NCBI GenBank assembly: GCA_964057225.1 | Contig: OZ059898.1 | Coordinates: 13,454,001-13,518,000, forward strand | Direction: 5' to 3' | DNA from: Auanema rhodensis | Taxonomy: Eukaryota > Animalia > Nematoda | Length of the DNA: 64,000 nt | Part shown: positions 1 through 12,300 of the stretch, piece by piece | Position numbering within the stretch: position 1 is the first letter of the stretch | Layout of the letters: every line of letters starts with the position of its first letter | Notes under the pieces: model-generated | Databases searched by the model: none | The model's input: the letters and a program-made list of their open reading frames with translations, nothing else | What the model was told of the DNA's origin: nothing | Translations under genes and position numbers: made by a program

Positions 1-794
1 AAGAATTTCGATCTTTAGTCGAGCCTACTGACAAGGTTAATCAATGTTTTCAAAACATGTTTTTATATCGAATGATTCCAGACGAAGTTGTTGAGAGCAT
101 TTGCACTTCGCTATCTTCTATTGGATAATGTCTTTCATACAGTTGAAATGGGATTTTCTGACAGACTTGTCTTAGTGAATAATACATATATGAAACCAGG
201 AGAATGGCCAGTTTTTGAAGCTGGCGAGCCTAGCGATGTCACACGAGTCAAACTATTGTTAGATCGAATCATAGTCTTGTTGATTATTGGAATTTAATTT
301 TAGAATGTTTGGAACTGAGGCGAATCAATTGGTGGAAGAACTGGTTGTTCCATTACTTCATATGAAAGTAACCTTAGGCGAAATCATGTGTTTACGGATT
401 ATCATGCTATGGAATCCTGGTGCTGTTGGCCTATCTCCTCATGCTCATGCAGTAGCCCAAGAGGTATGAGCAAGGATTTTAAAGTTGTGCAAGCCTTTCT
501 TCTCAGGCTTCTAATAACGTGATCAAAGAACTTCACAGTTATTTCGATATGGAAGGGATCAGTGATGTTCAACATCGAATTGGAAATCTTCTTTTGTTGT
601 TACCCACTTTCACAGTAAGTTTCTTATTTTCTAAAGCTTGCTAAGATTGAATGAATAGCCTGTGCTCATAATAGAATTTCGAACGTTTTCAGAAGCATGT
701 TCAGTTATTGTACGATACTGTAAAATTGATTCCTTCATTTGGTCGTATGAATGAGTGGGACTCATTTATGGATGAACTATTAAAAGGATTCTAA
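1..794 (+). CDS. Nuclear hormone receptor, ligand-binding domain C-terminal part (5'-partial; nematode supplementary/HNF4-derived type)
   Basis: Exons ~1-35, 82-256, 304-463, 507-614, 693-794 splice to ...KLLRAFALRYLLLDNVFHT...LVVPLLHMKVTLGEIMCLRIIMLWNP...KELHSYF...RIGNLLLLLPTF...FMDELLKGF*. The E..CL..I.LWNP and R.G.LLLLLP motifs and an AF-2-like end match an NHR LBD. Confidence 0.85.
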
Positions 795-2781
795 AGCTTT
801 CAAAGTTAAACTGATAATATCAGAACTCTTAGTCAACTCTGTATATATCTTTTTTCTAAATTTGTAACTACATCATTATTATTCTCATCATCATCACAAT
901 CATTATCATTATTATCATCATCATCTTCAGTTACAACATGTTATAAGCTATGCAGATAGTGTTTCAGAGAATTTATAAGAAATATGTAATTATGTTTATC
1001 ATTCCAACTCAGATTCTGGTACACTTTCAACTTTCAAAATTGAACAAAACAAAAAGAAGTTATGAGATTGTTAAAAATAATCTAGATGTTTAAAGATATT
1101 CTATCTATTATTCAATAAATATATATTATTATACAAATTCTTCTCTAATATACTAATTCTATAGTTGGATAAAAAAAGTTTGTTTAGCCCATTTTATTGT
1201 GCGTTACATAGATTCACGCCCTTTCTTTTCTACCCTTCGTTTGCTATATTTTGCCCTCGAATTGCCATCTCCTATTCCTCCCCTTCGACCTCATCTACAT
1301 CTTCTTTTCATTCGTCGATGTATGGCCTCTTCGTTTTCCTACATTTTCTTGTCTAACCTTCAAACTTATTGAAACATTCATCTCTTTTTCGCTTCTCTAT
1401 CCTTTCTTCCTATCATTTTAAGATGGGGTAGATGCATATGCAAACTGAGAACGAAATTAGTCTAAGACGTAATGCTGTCACTGGACTTGCAGCTTTAAAG
1501 TTTACATACTTGATGAGCTTTTCATACAAAGTAAAAGACTATTAAATGACTATCCTTATTAAGATTATTATTTAGACTCTTCATTATTTCTTCTTCTTCT
1601 TCTTCTTCTTTACTTCTTTACTTCTTTACTTCTTCTTAGCCTTCTTCTTCTAAAAATATTTTGTAAAGCCAATTTTTCTCATCCCACGACACACTATTTT
1701 GAAACATTTACTGTCTTCAACTCGTCAACGAGCTTTTTTCCATAAATGAACCACATGCCACCAAATATTACATTTTATTCTTTTTTTTTCTAAAAATTAC
1801 CTATTCATATTATAAATCAAATAATCACATTTTACTTCACTTATACTTATTTATAGCTTGTGTTAGCATATCTTTTTTTGATTTCGTATATGGTTTTTTA
1901 GCTGTTATTGCTTTTCAAAAAATTGGAAAAATTTTAATTATTGTATATGCTATAATCATTCAAAGTATATGATTCTTGTTTTGACTACTGATGAACCTAG
2001 ACAGAAGCACACACTGATTTGCTCAAATTCGGTATCTTTTCCTCCCACTCCCTCTACTTATTTCTCCCACTCCCTCAAAATTGTTCATCGTTATGAATCA
2101 TCAGGTAAGTTAAGATGATATGGCAGATATAGCTTGAACAAGGTTCAGGTTTCTACTCACAAAATTAATTTATGGCATGCTGTTGATGCTTTATGTTTTT
2201 AATTTCACCCGCATGTGTAAATAGAGCCTATCCAGTTTTTCCAAATTCAAAACTAATACTGCAAACCATTTTTGAATTTATTTTGAAGTTTATGAATAAA
2301 ACACTCTAATACTTATGTTTTTTGTCAGCTTGACTCATGTAATCTACGTATTTTTCTCAATATCAGCTGTTGTTCTTTAAAAACTCAAGACTCAGATTTC
2401 TTAATAAGGCCGGTATTTCCTTTGGATATGGATAACCATTCATTTTTATTAATTTTTATTCGCAATATGAATTGCTTAAAACTAATTGAATCTAGGACTG
2501 ATTTCTTTGGCCTTTTTCTATTTTTAAACTAAACTTGTATTCGTTCCTTAAACAATGCTCTCATTCATATTTCGGCACACGCTATCTTCTCAAGATATAG
2601 TGACATTAATGTTCTCAGTTTACGCTCGATTTCTGAAATCGTGCTCAGTCTATCTATGAGATGTATGAAAATTCTCGCTGTTCTCATGATTTTTCTTCAT
2701 CCGCATTTCTCTTCTTCGCCTAAAGCTTAGTTTTTACGTTTATATTTCTTTACCAAAAATGTTAAATTTATAAAAAAATAG

Positions 2782-2879
2782 CTGTTTCAACCGGTCTCTT
2801 ACGCGTCTTGCTCTGAAATTGGCACTCATTAGCATATCCGTGAGATGACGTGTAATGAGACAGGTTGCCGGAAATACAG
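2782..2879 (+). ncRNA. Candidate pre-miRNA-like hairpin
   Basis: Hand-paired: CAACC(2788-92)/GGTTG(2863-67), GTCTC(2794-98)/GAGAC(2857-61), TTACGCGTC(2799-2807)/GACGTGTAA(2847-55, one G:U), CTC/GAG, plus basal CTGT/ACAG. Putative 3p product UGAGAUGACGUGUAAUGAGACA (2841-2862). Confidence 0.35.
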
Positions 2880-4768
2880 TTTAATGTGTCACTCTAAGCT
2901 CAAATCTCAAGTGAACAAAGACGATTTCATAAGATTAAAATTTTTTTTGAATCAGCATGGAAGCTCAGATGATTGATTCACTGTTGTTTGGATAATCATA
3001 CCATTCTTTATTATTTTTTTTACATCAGAACATGTTGTATGATTCTATTTGAAATGCAAAAAAATGAAATAAAAAAATAGATTTTTCATTATGAAATATA
3101 AGATTTTTAGAAAAATTGTTAGTGAGCTATAATGATTATCGTCTCTAAATGACAATATATGTTTTATAACCAACAATTTGTTGTAAATTTCTGAAGGGAA
3201 TACTTAAGCTCTGCTCAACGTAATAATTTACTCCAAATTTCACCTCTAAACAAGTTCCTGCTACGCCAGCTTTAGCATATCAAAGCTGAAAAAACAAAAT
3301 AATTACCATTCTTTCCTCATCTCACGGGAGGGCAATCTTTATTCCCTCCAATGAGTCAGTTTACTATTCATATATAGTTAGTGTTGTCGATGTTAATTTT
3401 ATACAAACTAACTCATTTCATATTAAAGTTATAATGTGAATAGTTATAAAAATACTATTTCGTATAATATCAATCACTATTTTACTTTCTAGATATGTTC
3501 ATATCCCAAGTTATTATCTTTCTTTTTCTTTTTTCTTTTTCTCTCTCTTTCTCCCTCCCTCTCTTTCTATCTCTGTCTCTCTGCTCATGAATCCAAAAAA
3601 CGTCCAATAATGTAGTCAATGGTGAATTGTATTGTAGGTTTTAAACGGATAGGAGCTAAGCTGTCTTTGACATTTTTCCCTCCATCTTTATGCTTTTAAT
3701 CCAATTCAAATTCTTATTTCAAAGTACAATAACCTATGGTCTTCATCATTTTTTTTGTCATTTTCAAATGTCTCTTAGTATTTCTCTCCATATTACATGT
3801 CTTTCGTTCAAAAAGCCTCTTTCGATGATGAAAGCTCTAAGAAATTCAATGCAACTGACCAATTATCTTTTTAAATTTGCGTATGTCTCTACTATTTTCA
3901 GTTCTTCTATTTCTAATTTTTGTTCTAATTTTTCGGTTCAAAAATTACAAAAACTGAAATAATATATAACCGTATATAAGTTGAAACTAATGAAACCTAT
4001 TATTTTTAATCTGAGAACAAGCGAACTTTCAATAGTTTTTTCCATATTTCGTCAAGAGAACGTGTTTCTCATTCTATCGATTATATTAAATAAAAAAAAA
4101 ATAGAAAAAGATGAAACGTTAGAAGAAAATGTGAGAAACAGCCTGAAAAAAATACAAAAGGTGTTGAGGGACAACAAGCCATTACTGCTTATTAGTCTAT
4201 TGTATTCTTTTAATTTTTCCGTTTTGTTCGAACTCAAAAACGTTTTTTTTAAATGTAAAACAAAATATATATATATATAGTTATCAATATTTTATATGCT
4301 ATAAACAGCCTTTTTTTTTAATCTTAGAAGTTTCAAAAACCAGTTTTTTAAATTTTAATAATAATTACCTTGTATCATAACTATAAATATTACTTTCTGA
4401 TTGAAAAATATTATAATATTTGATTCATTTTATAAACACAATATGTATATGTTTGCTTGATTTCTTTCCAATTTGTTTTTCAAAACTTATTCTCAAAAAA
4501 AAAGGAAAAATCATGTCTTATATGCCCTTTCTTCGGCGGAAGTTCAAAATGTATGTATATACATAGTAGTGAGAACAATGAAAATAGGAGGAGTGAAGTA
4601 AAATTTTTAGAAATTTCTAAAATTATTTTCATTTTAATCAACATTGGCAACGTTCTCGAACATAAATTCTATATAAAAGCTGTAAATAAAATTAGCAAAA
4701 AGGGAGGATTGTGGTGAGAGTGAATGAAAATGGAAGAGAGAGATATATTTCTGGAGGGTAAGAAGATT

Positions 4769-4805
<37 letters not shown>

Positions 4806-5369
4806 AAGAGCAATGATTAAATCGTTTGAACTCATTGAATATCTTCAGGAGTTTTAATTATATCTGAATAATATTCAAGTTATTGATAGATTGATTATAG
4901 CAATTCTATTAAAGTTTATCCACCTATGGCGAACCTTTGACGTTATTTTGAAAGAAAATTATAATTTCTTTCGTTTCGTATAGTATTATTGGATATATGT
5001 AGTATTTACGTCAAAACGTTATTTGCTTCAGCTGGACAAGCATATCTGATTTGGATTTCATTGCCAATTTTCAATATTTGATAACTCAGTTCATTCTACC
5101 AAAGATTCTGTTTAACTGAGTTTCTCACAGACATGAATCTTCTTTCTCTTGTGATGAATACTGTGATGATCCGAAAACGAAAAAGGAAATAGAGAAAGAA
5201 ATCCAAAAAGGGGAAGGGGACGAATGAAGTGGAAGAGGAAAGACGGGGGAGTTCGAGAGGAGGGAAGTGATGAAAATGGTTGAAAGAATGAATGAGAGAT
5301 AGTTTCCATATATGGAATCATACCTTCCTTTTCCATCTATTTCTCGTTGATTTTCCATTTTATCTCTTA

Positions 5370-5950
5370 GACTCTAAGTCTGCTGCACACACAGACGCAT
5401 ACAGAGAATTTTGTCTGTGGCTCTGCCTGTCGATATTGTTGTCCTTTCGGCTCAAATGTCGATTCTCCCAGAGATAGCTGGGCTGATTTTCACCATTTCA
5501 AAGCATTTGCTGTCTTCTAGAGCTTATCGGTTATAAGCTCTGGTCGGCTGGTCATTTTGAAACGTCGTTTCTATCAGCTTTTTATTTGAAAATTCCTATA
5601 TAACTGATACTCCGAGCACACTACACCAGGCGGCAGAGAACTCATATATTTGGAGGGAAAACGTGTATTTCTCCTAATTATTTCCTGCAAGCGACTGATT
5701 CAACTAGAACTCAAGCTGCTTTGCCAAAAGATTTGAAGTGAAACATTCTGTCTCAGCCGGACGGTTCATTGTTTCACTAACAAATCTATCAGTTCGAATT
5801 GTTTTTCATTCGCACTATTGCCGTGTTCTGAGTTGGTTTCAATTCCATAATAGTAACCAATCAGTAAAAAGCCACTTAAATCAAAGAGCAGTAGTCAGAG
5901 TATTTCTGGAGCTAATCTGAAGCTGTCGAGTCTGCGTATTCGTCTCCAAT
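5370..5950 (+). other. GC-elevated multi-hairpin non-coding island upstream of chemoreceptor gene
   Basis: Local stems CACAGAC/GTCTGTG, CCCAG/CTGGG, CTAGAGCTTAT/ATAAGCTCTGG, AGATTTG-AGTGAAACA/TGTTTCACT-CAAATCT (5729-5787) and CTGA-TTGGTT/AACCAA-TCAG. No credible spliced ORF. Confidence 0.3.
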
Positions 5951-6163
5951 TTCCTCATCATAGTGGGCACGCAACGACCGTCCAGTTAAATCTCTCTTCC
6001 TGCTTCTCTCTCTCTCTCTCTCTTTTCTAATCAACACCTTAACTCATATTCTTCTAATATTACTATTATATCTATTATTACCTGTTGTTTCTTCCAATAA
6101 TTCAAAATTTCACAATCATTGTATTCGTCGTCATTGTCTTCTTCTTCTAATAATTCTACTAAC

Positions 6164-7715
6164 ATGACGGATTACGGTGCAGTGGTACATATGGACGATC
6201 TGAGAAACAACAACAATGAATCTTTCTGTTTCGAGAAAGCTATTCCTACAGTCACAAGTCTTCCATACCGTATCGCTGTGTTTATTCATATTCTTCTAAC
6301 ATCATTTTCCTTAATATTCATAGCAGTTGCCTTCTTCTACCTTAGAAAACGACTATATTTTCATAGAAATATCAAAGTAAGTCATTTATATGAATAGCAT
6401 TCATATTACTTCATTCACTTTAATGCTGACTGTCTAAGTTTTATAATTTTTCAGATTTTAATAGTATTCATGTTTGTTTCTGCTTCTATTTTTTCAGCTC
6501 AAATGCTAGTTATGCAGGTACTTTTCTCTATAATTGTATATTTTTTGACCTTCTCCTTCTGATTGTATTCAATCTGACTGATGCTCTTGCCCTTTGCTTT
6601 CAATTCTATTTCGTATTTTTTATTGAAAATAACACTTTTCTCAAAGTACATATGAGCATCATCCAACTATCCAAACATTATTTTTTCAATTTTTTCCTTA
6701 AAAATTGATCATTTTCAATTTAAAATTCATTTAGTGTCGACACTTTTTCATTTCCTTCTTCTATAAGCATCCCTGTGACGTATATGTTCCGGCTGAAGAC
6801 TGTCTTCCCTATTTACTGCTCAATTCCGTTACGATTGGATGTATGAGTGGAGCTCAGGTGATAAATCATTTCATTGGTTTGCAAATGAAAATTCATATTT
6901 TTAGGCTTGTATAGCTATTGAACGAATTATTGCTACGTGCTTATTGAAACGATATCAACGATTTGGCGGTGAATTAGGTGCTATTATGGTTGGAATAACC
7001 GTGAGTTTTTAGGAAATTTGCCAAATTTCCGTTCAGTAAAATCTCATTTTCGCAAAAATGTATTTTTAGGTAATCATATTCCTATGGTTAACTCATGAGA
7101 CCTTTTGGACTGATGTAACTGGCGCCTATTATCTTACATGCATAACCATACCTGCTGACTCAGCTAATAAAGCTAATAGAAATTTTGCGATTCTAATTGG
7201 TTTAAACTTCATTTGCATCATTTGTCTTTTGCTACTAAATGCAATTAATAGGCCATACCGTAAGAGGTAGGAACAATGAAACAAATGGTTTGGCTGCAAA
7301 TCTCAAATTTCTTTTTGTAGATTACGTTTCAACTTGGCAGATCGTTATCAAGTTGAAGAAAATATAAATACAACACAATACATATGCCCAATTGTTATAG
7401 TTCAATTCATTATTTTAACATTTTATGGAGCATGCACACTAGGTTTAAGATCTTTCAAATCAAGCTTTCTAGAGGTACCACATCGTCAACTTATAATGTT
7501 TGTTTATGTAAGTTTTTAATAGAATATATGATAATCAGTATTATATCTAGGTTGTTCCGTATTTCACTTGTATTCTACCAGTTCTCATGATATTCATTGT
7601 AAAACGAGGAGTCGAAGTACGTAGTAGAAGTATCAACAAGATGGTGTCTAATGTGGCTACTGGGGAACATGGACGAGACACATATTTCCAAGAACTGCTT
7701 AAACAATGGTCATAA
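6164..7715 (+). CDS. Nematode serpentine 7TM chemoreceptor, Sra superfamily (srab/srb/sre-like)
   Basis: 7 exons (6164-6376, 6454-6517, 6735-6857, 6905-7000, 7070-7266, 7321-7507, 7551-7715). Motifs YFHRNIK after TM1, AIERIIAT in TM3, LADRYQVEENI before TM6 and C-terminal YFQELLKQW*. Confidence 0.88.
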
Positions 7716-7884
7716 TCTGACCATTTTTAGCATATATTCTCAGTATTCACATCAATATCAATAAATTTAATTATATTTTTGAACAGAAAAAAAGGAAAAT
7801 ACATTAATAATGAAAGTACATAATCGGAAAGAAGAAAAAATAATATTTTTAATTTCTATCACCGTTAGGAGTTTTATAGTAAAA

Positions 7885-8147
7885 GTACTGAGTTACGTGA
7901 AAGTTCACGCATGTACTGAATTACGTGAAAGTTCGCGTATGTACTGAATTACGTGAAAGTTCACGTATGTACTGAATTACGTGAAAGTTCACGTATGTAC
8001 AGTTTTGTGAAACTTCACGTAAAGCATGTTTGGTATGCATTCAGTTACGTGAAAGTTCACGTGAAGCATGTATGGTACGCACTGAGTTACGTGAAAGTTC
8101 ACATAAAGCATGTATGGTGTGCACTGAGTTACGTAAAAGTTCACGTA
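7885..8147. repeat. Palindromic minisatellite: 4 x 28 bp units then ~3 x 40-42 bp units sharing core TACGTGAA-AG-TTCACGTA
   Basis: Units GTACTGAATTACGTGAAAGTTCACGTAT start at 7885, 7913, 7941 and 7969. Longer units add AAGCATGTATGGT. Eight copies of the dyad core, some degenerate. Confidence 0.92.
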
Positions 8148-8506
8148 ATAGCGGAAGTATTTTATAAATATTTTAAGTTTCAATGAGGTAGGTACTTATA
8201 ATTAAATTGATCGCCATGAAACTATGTATATCAATAACAATCCAATATAACATTGAATTTATGAATATGAGTGTTTTCGAATGTTTAAAATATATTTTAT
8301 GATTTTCTCCAATTATTTATTTATAGAATATTGCCAGAGAAACATTAAAAGTTTTTATATTATCATGATTTCACTTGTAATAAAGAAATCTATTTGTCGT
8401 AAGAAAAATTTAATAATATTATGAGCATATATTATAAAGTGTTATTATAGTTTTCTCTAAATATTCTCAAAATGAAAAGAAATAAAATCATAAACAGAAT
8501 AATTAT

Positions 8507-8540
<34 letters not shown>

Positions 8541-9328
8541 TATTATATATTATATACATTATATATACATATCAATTAATATATAATTATTAATAATTAA
8601 AAAAATATGAATAATGGTGGGTAGCGGTGATTAATGCTTAAGCCCTATTGTAGGAGTTCAAAAAGCATTTTTTTGAACGTCAAATTAGCGATTTGAATAT
8701 ATTTATCAATTTCTTATGAATAGACATATGAGTTTTCAATGATTCATTAGCATATATTTGAATATAATTTTCATTTAATCAGATATATGGTTGATGAACG
8801 GTTGAACTTATTACTTCCAATTTATTTTTTACTCTTTAACTATAATATTTCAGAATTCCAAATATGATATTCATACCCTGAGAGCTACATATCATAACAT
8901 TACATGGAATCTCGAAAATTGAATTCATCTTTTCAAAATACTGGTAATAATTTGGATAATCAATAACGTACTTTGTTCAAACAATGCACTGAAAAATCTT
9001 TTTTTTTTAATCTTTTTTGCTTAAAAGAATGAAACAAAAAATGTTGTAAAATCGATTAAACATCAAAGAATTTTAAGATCTAAACATGTATTTTAACAGA
9101 ATAACGAGTTAACTGTTCGTTTCTCCTATCAATACTATCATTTACTATCTTTTCTTTTAACATCACGTTCTTCATATTATATCTTTGATTGGGGAAGTTT
9201 CGACTAATCTTATCAATCTTTATAAAAGCTAACCACAAGTGTTATTAACATATTAAAAAAAATTATTTTTCTTATTTTCTTATTTATATGTTATTTTTCC
9301 AAATATTATATGTTGTTTTCAGTAAATT

Positions 9329-12300
9329 ATGGGATTATTACAACGTGTTCTATATATTTCTTCGCAACGATCTTCATCTTTTCTATCAAATCGATTAGTT
9401 TTATCAAAGTCAGTACAACAAGCTTTGAACAACAAGAAGGGTGTTGTTGCTTTGGAGAGTACGGTTATCACTCATGGATTACCATATCCAAATAATTTGG
9501 AGTAGGTGTAGCTAGTTATTTACATAATCTAATAGTTCTTAATTCAAGAACAGCTTTGCACTTGGAAGAGGAAGTTAGACTAGCTGGTTCAGAACCAGCT
9601 ACTATCGCTTTGTTAGATGGAAAAGTACGTATTCATAATATTTATTTGAATTTAAATTAATTTTATTCAAAAAGGTTCATATTGGACTTACAAAAGATGA
9701 ATTACAACGTGTAGCTGATACTATGGATTCTGTGAAAGTATCGAGGAGAGATATTCCATATACTTTAGTAAAAGTTAGTAATTATCTAGTTAGTAGTAAC
9801 TATACTTTCTCATAATTTGCTTTAGAAATTGGTTGGCGGAACAACTGTAGCTGCGACAATGTATTTAGCTAATTTATCTGGAATTAAAGTTTTTTCAACT
9901 GGCGGAATAGGAGGAGTTCATCGCGGAGCAGATCAAAGTATTATATGTTTAATAAGCCAAGTTATCAAGATGATTTCAGCTTTTGATATATCAGCAGATT
10001 TACAAGAATTATCTCGAACTCCTGTTGTAGTCGTATGTGCTGGCGTTAAAAGCATTCTGGATATATCAAAAACTGTTGAATATTTGGTAAAAGATATCAG
10101 CTCATATGTCTTGTTGTCTAAATGCTTATTATTTGTTTTTAGGAAACACATTCAGTTAATACTATTGTACATGGTCCGCGTAATGTTTTTCCTGGTTTCT
10201 TTACAGCCCAAACAACTAGCAAATCTCAATTTTCATCTGAATGCTTGAATGAAATTGCTGATGTTATAGGTAATCTGTTACATTTCATTTTATAAAACTA
10301 TCAAATAACTTTTAGGAATGTCAAGTGAAATTGGCTTAGATGCTGGTACTGTCATAGCCTGTCCAATTCCTAAAGAATTTGAAGCAGACGGCGAGCTCAT
10401 TGAAGCTGCTATCCAGACAGCTTTGAAGGAAGCCGAGTAAGTATATGCTTACTCTCTTTTAGACCTCTGACGTAGTTACAGTCATTTCAAAAGCCAAATA
10501 AACAAAATAATGCTGAAAGTAAAGCTTGAAACTTGAATTTTCAGCAATCAGAAAATCCAGTCTCAGCAAATTACACCATTTTTACTAAAAAGAGTGAATG
10601 AGCTAACGAAAGGAGCGTCAATGAGAACAAGTAAGTCAATTGTGGCATAAAGCCAATAGAAAAGAAAGATGACAACTTTTTTGTGTAAATTTCATATTAA
10701 TATAGATAAGTCTTTCATATATTTGGACTGTTTAACAAACAACTTAGTGATTTTCTGAATTTTTGATCTTCTTCTTCTTCAATCGTTTCGGCTTCCGTTT
10801 CCTAGTACTAGAATTGCCTTTTTCAGATATTGGTCTTCTGCGAAATAATGCCAGAATTGGAGGAACATTAGCCAAGATAATAGCTGAACAAGCTCCCAGA
10901 ATAGTATCAAAACCAGAATCACCATCGACATCTACTAATCCGTCGAGCAAACCAAAAATTGTATGACGAATCAATGAAATATCTATCATAAACATGATAT
11001 TTTATTTTAAAAAATTAAATGAAATTTAACAATAATATAGAGCTAAGTTAAAGCTTAAAATTTTGATTTGTTACAATAACATTGAGTCCGGTATTTTTTG
11101 CATTGAAAGCTCTGCTCTATTTCAGGCTGTTATCGGTGCGACGATTTTGGACTTTGAAGCTATAACTGACCAGGACGTCAAGGTAAGTGACTGTAACTAT
11201 GTTGTTTGAAAACAAGTAAAATGGGAATGAGATATTTAATATATTCATAATTATATAAGGAATGAATGCAGAATTTTCTGATACATAATATATACAACAA
11301 GTTAGATTTTTGGGAATTTTGTTTTGGGCTCGTATGGCTATTATGCAAAGAAAATTAATGGGATAGTTGACAGGAAGAGAAGTAGATGAATAGATGAATG
11401 CTGCTGAAAATATTTCTGAATAAAAGAATCAAAGTAAGAGAAATAAAATAATCGTTGAAGATATGATCTTCTTCAATTTTAAATATCCTATGTGAACGGC
11501 TGATTTTAAAAATAGAATATGGCTAAGCTATCTGCTACTATTTCTTGTGACTAATTGATGAGCTAGGACCAGGAACTAAGTGAAGTGGATCTGCTAAAGC
11601 TACTTGCTCAACCACTGCGCGTTTGATATATGGAGAATAGTCTCTGTCAAAGTATTCTTCTTCGTCTTCCGTATCCCAATCACTAAAATTATGTGAAATT
11701 ATAAAATCAGCTAGTTTATAATAGTTAAAACAGACTATTTGGAGAATTCGTTACGAGAGAAGAGACGTTGAATATCCTCACGAAGTACAATAACTACAAT
11801 AAACTTCAGTGGCAATAGGATGTAATAAATCACAATAGAAATAGCATCAAGACGTCCATGCATCCATCTGAAAAAAGTTTTAAGATTCTCATTTGAGCTT
11901 TCCCTTAGAATTTACTTCATTAGCTTAACTTGACAATGATTATCTTCCTTACATTCCACATAATATCCGAACATTGTGGAATTTTTGACTAAAACAATGA
12001 AATATATGAATATATCTTAGATCTCATAAAATCATTGTTTGATCTGTTTTGATTTATATGTTATACCTGAGCAGAAGCTTCGTAAATCGTGAGCTGCACA
12101 GCATTCTAAGCTACTTTGGACATAATCCCAGAATGGACAGACATCATCTGATTCCATCTAAACGATAAAGTTTTGATACTGTTTGAATAGCAAGTGAATT
12201 AAGCTATACTAACCTGCTTTTGTGTTATATCATAAAGTGTCTGTGTGAATCCCTTATTGACCCATGCGATTTGTTCCACAAAAGGAAAAATCATTGCTAA

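Noticed and set aside
5372-5381. TCTAAGTCT as a telomerase template for a TTAGAC-type telomere within the structured island
   Set aside because: Only 9 nt, the species' telomere repeat is unknown, similar words occur elsewhere, and no H/ACA or pseudoknot was identified.
7885-8147. CRISPR-like look of the palindromic repeats, and ORFs 7953-8186/7989-8183
   Set aside because: Eukaryotic context, inter-repeat sequences are themselves repeated rather than unique spacers, and no cas genes. The ORFs are repeat artefacts.
8184-8250. let-7-family-like 5' sequence TGAGGTAGGTAC
   Set aside because: No complementary arm found to form a precursor hairpin.
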